Shown: positions 25,959 to 35,686 of the stretch, one piece after another
Layout: every line of letters starts with the position of its first letter
How positions within the stretch are numbered: the stretch's first letter is position 1
DNA from: Felis catus
Lineage: Eukaryota
Length of the DNA: 64,000 nucleotides
Assembly (NCBI RefSeq): GCF_018350175.1
Contig: NC_058369.1
Location: 20,028,001 to 20,092,000, forward strand
Direction: 5' to 3'
The notes under the pieces: generated by a model
Database searches by the model: none
What the model saw: only the letters and a program-made list of their open reading frames with translations
What the model was told of the DNA's origin: nothing
Translations under genes and position numbers: made by a program

Positions 25959-28900
25959 ATTTTTTTTTATTTAACTTTATTTTTTATTTTTTAAAATTTA
26001 CATCCAAATTAGTTAGTATATAGTGAAGCAATGATTTCAGTAGATTCCTTAATGCCTGCCCCTTACCCATTTAGCCCATCTGCCCTCCCACAACGCCTCC
26101 AGCAACCCTCAGTTTGTTCTCCATATTTATGAGTCTCTTTTGTTTTGTCCCCCCCCCTTGTTTTCATATTATTTTTGTTTCCCTTCCCTTATGTCCATCT
26201 GTTTGGTCTCTTAAAGTCCTCATATGAGTGAAGTCATATGGTTTTTGTCTTTCTCTGACTAATTTCACTTAGCATAATACCCTCCAGTTCCATCCACATA
26301 GTTGCAAATGGCAAGATTTCATTCTTTTTGATTGCTGAGTAATACCCCGTTGTATATATATACCACATCTTCTTTATCCATTCATCCATTGATGGACATT
26401 TGGGCTCTTTCCATACTTTGGCTATTGTTGATAGTGCTGCTATAAACATGGGGGTGCATGTGTCCCTTCGAAACAGCACTCATGTATCCCGTGGATAAAT
26501 GCCTAGTAATGCAATTGCTGGGTCGTCGGGTAGTTCTATTTTTAGTTTTTTGAGGAACCTCCATACTGTTTTCCAGAGTGGCTGCACCAGCTTGCATTCC
26601 CACCAACATTGCACAAGAGATCCTCTTTCTCCACATCCTCGCCAACATCTGTTGTTGCCTGAGTTGTTAATGTTAGCCATTCTGACAGGTGTCAGGTAGT
26701 ATCTCATTGTGGTTTTGATTTTTATTTCCCTGATGATGAGTGATGTTGAGCATTTTTTCATGTGTTGGTTGGCCATCTGGATGTCTTCTCTGAAGAAGTG
26801 TTTATTCACGTCTTGTGCACATTTCTTCACTGGATTATTTGTTTTTTGGGTGTTGAGTTTGATAAGTTCTTTGTAGATTTTGGATACTAACCCTTTATCT
26901 GATATGTCCTTTGCAAATGTCTTTTCCCATTCTGTTGGTTGCCTTTTAGTTTTGCTGATTGTTTCCTTCGCTGTGCAGAAGCTTTTTATTTTGATGAGGT
27001 CCCAGTAGTTCATTTTTGCTTTTGTTTCCCTTGCCTCCGGAGACGTGTTGAGTAAGAAATTGCTGCAGGCAAGATCAAAGAGGTTTTTGCCTGCTTTCTC
27101 CTCGAGGATTTTGACGGCTTCGTGTCTTACATTGAGGTCTTTCATCCATTTTGAGTTTATTTTTGTGTATGGTGTAAGAAAGTGGGCCAGGTTCATTCTT
27201 CTGCATGTCGCTGACCAGTGTTCCCAGCACCACTTGCTGAAGAGACTGCCTTTATTCCATTGGATAGTCTTTCCTGCTTTGTCAAAGATGAGTTGGCCAT
27301 ACGTTTGTGGGTCCATTTCTGGGTTCTCTATTCTGTTCCATTGATCTGAGTGTCTGTTCTTGTGCCAACACCATACTGCCTTGATGCTTACAGCTTTGTA
27401 GTATAGCTTGAAGTCTGGGATTGTGATGCCTCCTGCTTTGGTTTTCTTTTTCAAGATTGCTTTGGCTATTTGGGGTCTTTTCTGGTTCCATACAAATTTT
27501 AGGATTGTTTGTTCTAGCTCTGTGAAGAATGCTGGTGTTATTTTGTTAGGGATCGTGTTGAATATGTGGATTGCTTTGGGTGGTATCGACATTTTAACAA
27601 TATTTGTTCTTCCTATCCAGGAGCATGGAATCTTTTTCCATTTCTTTGTGTCTTCTTCAATTTCTTTCATCAGCTTTCTATAGTTTTCAGTGTATAGATT
27701 TTTCACCTCTTTGGTTAGATTTATTCCTAGGTATTTTATGGTGTTTTGTGCAACTGTAAATGGGATCGATTCCTTGATTTCTCTTTCTGTCGCTTCATTG
27801 TTGGTGTATAGGAATGCAACTGATTTCTGTGCATTGATTTTATATCCTGCAACTTTGCTGAATTCATGAATCAGTTCTAGCAGTTTTTTGGTGGAATCTT
27901 GGGTTTTCCATATAGAGTATCATGTCATCTGAGAAGAGTGAAAGTTTAACCTGCTCCTGGCCGATTTGGATGCCTTTTATTTCTTTGTGTTGTCTGATTG
28001 CAGAGGCTAAGGCTTCCAATACTTAGTTGAATAACAGTGGCGAGAGTGGACATACCTGTCTCAGTCCTGACCTTAGGGGGAAAGCTCTCAGTTTTTCCCC
28101 GTTGAGGATGATATTAGCATTGGGTTGCTCATATATGGCTTTTATGATCTCGAGGTATGATCCTTCTATCCCTACTTTCTTGAGGGTTTTTATCAAGAAA
28201 GGATGCTGTATTTTGTCAAATGCTTTCTCTGCATCTATTGAGATCATATGGTTCTTGTCCTTTCTTTTATTGATGTGATGAATCACGTTAATTGTTTTGC
28301 GGATATTGAACCAGCCCTGAATCCCAGGTATAAATCCCACTTGGTCATGGTGAATAATTTTTTTTAATGTATTGTTGGATCCAGTTGGCTAATATCTTAT
28401 TGAGGATTTTTGCATCCATGTTCATCAGGGAAATTGGTCTATAGGTCTCTTTTTTAGTGGGGTCTCTGTCTGGTTTTGGAATCAGGGTAATGCTGGCTTC
28501 ATGGAAAGAGTTTGGAAGTTTTCCTTCCATTCCTATTTTTTGGAACAGCTTCAAGAGAATAGGTGTTAACTCTTCCTTAAATGTTTGGTAGAATTCCCCT
28601 GGACACCCATCTCGCCCTGGACTCTTGTTTTTTGGCAGATTTTTTATTACTAATTCGATTTCCTTACTAGTTATGGGTCTGTTCAAATTTTCTATTTCTT
28701 CCTGTTTCAGTTTTGGTAGTGTATATGTTTCTACGAATTTGTCCATTTCTTCCAGATTGCTCATTTTGTTGGCATATAATTGCTCATAATATTCTCTTAC
28801 TATTGTTTTTATTTCTGTTGTGTTGGTTGTGATTTCTCCTCTTCCATTCTTGATTTTACTTATTTGGGACCTTTCCTTTTTCTTCTTGATCAGACTGGCT

Positions 28901-29206
28901 AGTGGTTTATCAGTTTTGTTAATTCTTTCAAAGAACCATCTTCTGGCTTCATTGATCTGTTTTACTGTTTTTTTTTTTTTTTTTTTGGTTTCAATAGCAT
29001 TAATTTCTGCTCTAATCTTTATTATTTCCTGTCTTCTGCTGTTTTTGGGTTTTATTTTCTGTTCTTTTTCCAGCTCCTTAAGGTGTAAGGTTAGGTTGTG
29101 TATCTGAGATCTTTCTTCCTTCTTTAGGAAGGCCTGGATTGCCAAATACTTTCCTCTTATGACCGCCTTTGCTGCGTCCCAGAGGTTTTGGGTTGTGGTG
29201 CTATCA
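25959..29206 (-). mobile_element. 5'-truncated L1 (about 3.2 kb, RT to 3'UTR)
   Basis: ORF2 pieces of 408 aa, 105 aa and 266 aa. TSD ttaaatgatgtg(g/t)ttt at 25943-25958 and 29207-29222. Confidence 0.95.
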
Positions 29207-29882
29207 TTAAATGATGTGTTTTAACCATTGGATAAGAAGAAACTAACTCACAATTGAGGAGTGAATGGTCAGTGCAGAAACGTAGTGGCAGGGATGAGGA
29301 TACTCTCTGAAGAAGTTTGGTAGAAAAGAGTAGCAGAGCTGAGGGGACTTTTAGAAGGGAACATGAAGATAGAAGAGATAGTGTGATGAGGCATGGTCCT
29401 ACAGGGACTGGGGAGAAGGGATGGAAATGCCTGGAATCACAAATAAGTTGGATTAGGCTCTGATAAATTTTGAAGACAACCATATCCAGTGATTTTTATT
29501 TTCTAATGAGGCTTAGGGAGAAATATTAATGTTTGGATCAGTCTCTGTGGGAAAGGAGGGATAGAAAGGGACAGGAGTGAACACTCCTTGAGTGCATGTG
29601 ATGTGTCAAGCCCTATGCCAGGAGCTTTATAGTGTCACCTAATTCAGTCCCTACATCCACTCTAAATGTGAACACTTTGCTAGTATCCAGTCCAGGATTC
29701 AAGTCCTGGTCTGCCCCCTACTTTATTTCCATTACACCATACTGCCACAGGCATTCATAAGAGAATAGCCAAGCAGATTGCAGGATAACCATAAGATAGA
29801 AAGAAGAAACTTTTAAGGAGACCTAATGGTCATCGTCATTCCAGCAGCCAAGGGGTCTGTACTTGGTGACTACTCACTGTAC

Positions 29883-29978
29883 CTTCTAAAAACAATAGGC
29901 AGATTTCTCTATCAGCAATCCCCTGAGGTACAGATTCTTGATGCCAGAATGTCGTATCACCGGAAGCGCATCAGGAGC
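29883..29978 (-). pseudogene. Fossil antisense gene exon (96 bp): APDALPVIRHSGIKNLYLRGLLIEKSAYCF*K
   Basis: Long polypyrimidine tract and cctag acceptor, aag|gtacag donor, phase 0-0, one TAG. Confidence 0.6.
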
Positions 29979-30343
29979 CTAGGTTTAAGAGAAAAGCTGA
30001 GGAAAAAAAAACTTACTGAGATCAAAATAAAACATTTATCTGCTTCAGAAACCCTGAAATGTAAGTTGTTTTACTTCTTGGTTTGCCTTGAATTTTTGCA
30101 CTGAAACATCTTTTTACTTCCATTAAGAAATTTGTGGGTTATATATTTAGGCTTAAACTGATAAGGCTGAGTACCCTATGGATAGCTTCAGAATAACAGT
30201 TAGCTTATTTTATCCTAATTAGTTAAAGGCATTTGTGTAGGCTAAAAGCAAAAGAAGTGTGGCTATGGAGGAAATGGAGGAATCATCTTGCAGGCAGCGT
30301 CCCACTGCCCAGAAGAGCATCCTGGCATCTAACCTGGGCTTAC

Positions 30344-30535
30344 AAGATGTATGGATGAATGAAGACGCAGAAGTAAGCCAGGGAGAAGGAGTACAGAACC
30401 CTTTGGTACTCTATTCTCAGAAGATCGCATGTGCACACAGACAATATGCATATCCCCTTTACATCCTGCTTCTGAAGGTACACGGAGCTTCTGAAAGCTG
30501 TCTGATCCCAAATTCTGAAGACTTCCCTTTAAGGC
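30344..30535 (-). pseudogene. Fossil antisense gene exon (192 bp, fully open): ALKGSLQNLGSDSFQKLRVPSEAGCKGDMHIVCVHMRSSENRVPKGSVLLLPGLLLRLHSSIHL
   Basis: ctctttag acceptor and gtaagc donor bound exactly 64 stop-free codons, phase 0-0. Confidence 0.6.
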
Positions 30536-30954
30536 CTAAAGAGCCCACTCTGGGAATGGTCCCTGTGCTATCTTAGTACCTATGCTTTGGCATCCACCTC
30601 ATTCCACCTGTCTTCTCTGGCTGCACACTCTATTTCTGACCAGGGTGTGGTCAGCCATGACCAGTCTGTGGCTTTATCCTGCTTCCCCTGAGGATAATTC
30701 AACCTACCCATGGTTCATTCCCAATCCCAGTTCTGCCTGAGATGCTCCAGCCTCATACCTATAAGTCAAGACTCATCAGGATTCCTGAGCTTAACCTCTA
30801 AGGTTTGTCCTTGCCCTTGTCTTAAACTCTCTGAACTCACACTCCTGACAGAGCAGACCCTACCTACTTTATCATGGTTATTGCTGCCAGATAAGCTAAG
30901 ACTACTTAACTCCTCTGTGCTTTCATTTCCTCAACTATAAAATAGTAGTGTCTT

Positions 30955-31348
30955 GCCTTTTCTGCACCATCATAGTATGTGTAGTTGACTGTTCCTTGCT
31001 GTATCTTCTCACAAGAATTTCAGGATCAAGAGATTCCTGGCCAAGAAACCAAAGCAGAATCATCACATTCCCCAGTGGATATGGATGAAAACTGGTAATA
31101 AAATCAGGTACAACTCCAAGAGGAGACATTGCGTAACCACCAAGCTGGGTCTATAAGGAATCACATATGAGGTGGTACACATATTTATGCTGCATGAAGT
31201 CCACTTGCTCATATCATATACTATGTAAACATCACCACTACTTGAACAATGGACATGTTTTATTAGAAGATGATTTTTCTCTGTTACTATGCTTCTGCAC
31301 CGGTAGTTTGGTTCAGTAATAAATATAGGAGACCTTTTGTTTGAAAAA
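30955..31348 (+). pseudogene. RPL39: RPL39 processed pseudogene (retrocopy)
   Basis: 31001-31156 reads [51 protein letters not shown], with the start codon changed to GTA. Intronless, AATAAA at 31318-31323, short poly(A). TSD aaaatagtagtgtctt at 30939-30954 and 31349-31364. Confidence 0.95.
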
Positions 31349-31562
31349 AAAATAGTAGTGTCTTCCTAATTACAGTGCCTAGAACAAGGCCCTGGAAGAT
31401 AGTAAATCTCAGTAAATATTCACAATTACCATCTTTATTGTACGTGTTTAAGTTTTGCTCTTGAGTCCAAACATCTGTGTTCTTTATATGCTTTAGTTGG
31501 GCTTGTGAAAGATGGGAAGGGCAAATAAAGGTTAGTGCCCCTACAAAGATTCTTCCCACTAC

Positions 31563-31749
31563 AGAGGCTCTGCTTTTGCTAGGCTGCCAGGCAGCCTTCC
31601 CTGGGACCTCAAGTAGCAGGATTCTCTATCAGCTTTGCCTGGGTGACAGGACAGCAGAGAGATTCCATGAAGCTAAGATGTCATCAGAGCCCTGTGGTGG
31701 CAGCAGCACATTTATAATATTCATTTATTGCCATGAAGCTCTTGAGAGC
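31563..31749 (-). pseudogene. Fossil antisense gene exon: SQELHGNK/NIINVLLPPQGSDDILASWNLSAVLSPRQS**RILLLE...
   Basis: ctttttcctgctttaaag acceptor, one frameshift and two stops. The 3' end is uncertain (phase-0 GT after 31608 or after 31563). GNxx..xVLLP resembles the GT61 GNxxHxxxDxLxP motif (inference). Confidence 0.55.
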
Positions 31750-32029
31750 CTTTAAAGCAGGAAAAAGCTGTGTATGTACAGATTGGAGCCTTCTGGGGGG
31801 GAACTACCCCTTTATTTCCCATTTTTCTCACAGCTACCTTGGTATTTTAATTGTGCTGTACTTATAAGCACAAAGTCACTAGAATTCAAGAAGATTTTAA
31901 GTGGTAAAGTTTATTTTTATTTAGTAAGTCTCTATAAACTGTAAACCTCTATGCTTGATTCTTTGAGGGGTGCAGAGATGTAGGCAATTACTGTCCCTGC
32001 TACTTTATAGACCAGAAAACTGGACTTAA

Positions 32030-32545
32030 AAGATGTGTTAGAGATCCCTAGGATAATCCCTGGTGGTCACTCATTAGGAGGACTTTTGGGATTCAGCATA
32101 CAGCTGTATTCATAGCTGAGATTTATTACAGTGACATACTAAGGATACACTGCTGGATCATAAGGGAGAAGGACACAGGCAGAGCCTGGAGGAATCCATG
32201 TGCAGGCCTGTTTATGCTTTCTCCCTCACATGGAGTGATCACACAGAGCACACTCTTCCAGCAGTGAAGATGTAGTAATATCTGAGTTGGCCCCAGGAAG
32301 CCCATTAGAGACCCAGCACCCAATGTTTATAGGTGGCTGTCATATAGGCACCCTCTCCTTACCATATATAAAATTCCCAGAAGGGAAGCAGAAGTTAAGC
32401 ATAAACTGTATTGCTCACAAAAACAGTCTAGGCCAGTGAGCCACCCTTAACTGTTAGAAACTCTTCAAGAACCAAAGGCCAGCCTTGCGAGCATACCTTT
32501 CTAAGGATAGCAGTTTCAGCCTTGCTATGTTAACTCTTCTGCATT
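32030..32545. mobile_element. MER21/MER77-like ERVL LTR
   Basis: Characteristic motifs gatttattacag…ggatac, tggagtgatcacacag, cataggcaccctct, cccagaagggaagcag…agcataaac. Confidence 0.65.
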
Positions 32546-32837
32546 GAGAAGGTGTCACATATGTACACACCAGATCTAATGCTAGCCTGTCAGAATTGCT
32601 GCCCTAAATAGGGGAGAAACAGGTCACTTCTGACTAATAGGGCCATAGAAGGCTTCATGCCACTGCATGTTTGAGCTGGGCCTCAAAAGATAGGTAGGAA
32701 TTGAACAGCAGAGAGAAATGGTAAGATAGGTTGCAGTGAGCAAAGAATACTTTTAGGGAAAGGCAAGCAGGCCCATATGACATGAATCAAGGTATATTGA
32801 GACTTAGAGACATAGCTATTTTCAAATTGGTTGATTT

Positions 32838-33289
32838 CTTTTTCTTTTTTTTCAAATTTATTATTTTGAGAGGAAGAGAGAACACACAGGTGCGCACAGG
32901 GAAGGGACAGAAAGAGAGGGAGAGAGAAGAGAATACCAAGCAGGCTCCACACTATCAGTGCAGAGCTGGATGTGGGGCTCGATCTCACAAACCTTGAGAT
33001 CATGACCTGGGCCAAGATCAAGAGTCAGACACTTGGGGCGCCTAGGTGGCTCAGTTGGTTAAGCGTCCAACTTCAGCTCAGGTCATGGTCTCACAGTTCG
33101 TGGGTTCAAGACCCGTGTCAGGCTATGTGCTGACAGCTCAGATCCTGCAGCCTGCTTCAGATTCTGTGTCTCCCTCTCTGTCTGCCTTTCACCCACTCAC
33201 ACTCTGTCTCTCTCTCATTCAAAAATAAGTAAACATTAAAAAAAAAAAAAAGAGTCGGACACTTAACCAGCTAAGCCACCTGGGCACCC
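32838..33289 (-). mobile_element. CanSINE with a nested opposite-strand CanSINE (33035-33249, +)
   Basis: Inner TSD aagagtc(a/g)gacactt at 33020-33034 and 33250-33264. Confidence 0.92.
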
Positions 33290-33517
33290 TGGTTTGTTTA
33301 TTTTTGCTCAATATTACATATCAAGAAAGACAATCGGAATGAGTACAGGCTTTGGAGAATCCAGACTTAAGTTGAAATTTTGTCTCTATACCTTGTTAGC
33401 AATGTTACTATAATGTTGTTTTTAAAATAATATCACTAATTTTCCCACATTAAGGGAGAATAAAAAAAGAATTTGACATAGTTACAGTGAAAATTGTTCC
33501 TATATTTTAAACTTCTT

Positions 33518-35201
33518 TTTGAGTAACCTCCATGCTGTTTTCCAGAGCGGCTGCACCAGTTTGCATTCCCACCAATAGTGCAAGAGGGTTCCTGTTTCTC
33601 CACGTCCTTGCCAGCATCTATAGTCTCCTGATTTGTTCATTTTAGCCACTCTGACTGGCGTGAGGTGATATCTGAGTGTGGTTTTGATTTGTATTTCCCT
33701 GAGGAGTGACGTTGAGCCTTTTTTCATGTGCCTGTTGGCCATCTGGATGTCTTCTTTAGAGAAGTGTCTATTCATGTTTTCTGCCCATTTCTTCACTGGA
33801 TTATTTGCTTTTCGGGTGTGGAGTTTGGTGAGCTCTTTATAGATTTTGGATACTAGCCCTTTGTCTGATATGTCATTTGCAAATATCTTTTCCCATTTCG
33901 TCGGTTGACTTTTAGTTTTGTTGACTGTTTCCTTTGCAGTGCAGAAGCTTTTTATCTTCATGAGGTCCCAATAGTTCATTTTTGCTTTTAATTCCCTTGC
34001 CTTTCGAGATGTGTCAAGTAAGAAATTGCTGTGGTTGAGGTCAGAGAGTTTTTTTTCCTGCTGTTTCCTCTAGAGTTTTGATGGTTTCCTGTCTCACATT
34101 CAGGTCCTTTATCCATTTTGAGTTTGTTTTTGTGAATGGTGTAAGAAAGTGGTCTAGTTTCATTCTTCTGCATGTTGCTGTCCAGCTCTCCCAGCACCAT
34201 TTGTTAAAGAGACTGTCTTTTTTCCATTGGATATTCTTTCCTGCTTTGTCAAAGATTAGTTGTGGCCATACTTTTGTGGGTCCAATTCTGGAGTCTCTAT
34301 TCTATTCCATTGGTCTACGTGTCTGTTTTTGTGTCAATACCATGCTGTCTTGATGATTACAGCTTTGTAGTAGAGGTTAAAGTCTGGGATTGTGATGTCT
34401 TCCACTTTAGTCTTCTTCAATATTACTTTGGCTATTCAGGGTCTTTTGTGGTTCCATATGAATTTTAGGATTGCTTGTTCTAGCTTCGAGAAGAATGCTG
34501 GTGCAATGGTGATTGGGATTGCATTAAATGTATAGATAGCTTTGGGTAGTATTGACATTTTAACAATATTTATTCTTCCAATCCATGAGCATGGAATGTT
34601 TTCCATTTCTTTATATCTTCTTCAATTTCCTTCATAAGCTTTCTATAGTCCTATGACCCAGGAATAGCACTGCTAGGAATTTACCCAAGGGATACAGGAG
34701 TGCTGATGCATAGGGGCACTTGGACCCCAATGTTTATAGCAGTACTTTCAACAGTAGCCAAATTATGGAAGGAGCCTAAATGTCCATCAACTGATGAATG
34801 GATAAAGAAATTGTGGTTTATATACACAATGGAATACTACTTGGCAAGGAGAAAGAATGAAATCTGGCCTTTTGTCGCAGCGTGGATGGAATTGGAGAGT
34901 GTTATCCTAAGTGAAATAAGTCATACAGAGAAAGACAGATACCATATGTTTTCATTCTTATGTGGATCCTGAGAAACTTAACAGAAGACCATGGGGGAGG
35001 GGAAGGGGGAAAAAAAGTTAGAGAGGGAGGGAGCCAAATCATAAGAGACTCTTAAAAACTGAGAATAAACTGAGGGTTGATGGGGGTTGGGAGGGAGGGG
35101 AAAGTGGATGATGGGCATTGAGGAGGGCACCTGTTGGGATGAGTACTGTGTGTTGTATGGAAACCAATTTGACAATAAATTTCATTTAAAAAAAGAAAAA
35201 A
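33518..35201. mobile_element. 5'-inverted (twin-primed) L1: 33518-34649 minus, 34650-35201 plus
   Basis: Orientation flips at 34649/34650. About 20 nt of L1 is missing at the inversion point. TSD aaacttctt at 33509-33517 and 35202-35210, after a tttt/aa site. Confidence 0.92.
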
Positions 35202-35516
35202 AAACTTCTTGAAAAAAATTTAGAATTTTTAAATATTTTAAAATTTTTAGTACTTAAGAAATCTTTATTGGCTCTTGTTTCTTGAGATTATTCCTGGGCT
35301 TTCTCAGTCTTATTCTTTAAAAGCTTAGAAAATGTCGAGTAAAATATCTGACAGATTTAAGTATTCATTTGACTTTCAAGTTGACTCAGTCTTCTAGCTT
35401 CCACTCAAAAAACAATCAGGATTCTCCTGTGTGTATTTATTTTGGTTCCTATAAGCTCTGCTCTTCCCATCAGGATTCCCTCTTGACATATAATATGTTA
35501 AACAGAAAAACTTTAC

Positions 35517-35609
35517 CTCATTGAAACACAGAAATAGCAGCAGAAATAGTGACACAAACAAGTTAATAAGTATAAATAATGTATATTCTGGTATCCATAG
35601 AGGACTCAT
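35517..35609 (-). pseudogene. Putative first coding exon of a fossil antisense gene: MSPLWIPEYTLFILINLFVSLFLLLFLCFNE (type II signal-anchor-like)
   Basis: ATG, short N-tail and about 19 hydrophobic residues, then gag|gtaaag donor in phase 0. Unique, non-repeat sequence. Confidence 0.55.
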
Positions 35610-35639
35610 GTCGTTACAATACTCATGCCAGATCTGTAG

Positions 35640-35641
<2 letters not shown>

Positions 35642-35684
<43 letters not shown>
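35642..35684. repeat. (TG)n microsatellite
   Basis: Perfect TG run. Confidence 0.95.

Positions 35685-35686
<2 letters not shown>

Noticed and set aside
26480..27706. 408-aa ORF and other long ORFs (28345..29145, 9614..10402, 56992..57708)
   Set aside because: They are fragments of L1 ORF2 within truncated, frameshifted retrotransposons, not host genes.
30259..30576. 105-aa + strand ORF (and 29826..30104) as new sense genes or DOCK3 exons
   Set aside because: No similarity to DOCK3 and no coherent + strand splice chain. They are better explained as antisense shadows over the minus-strand fossil exons.
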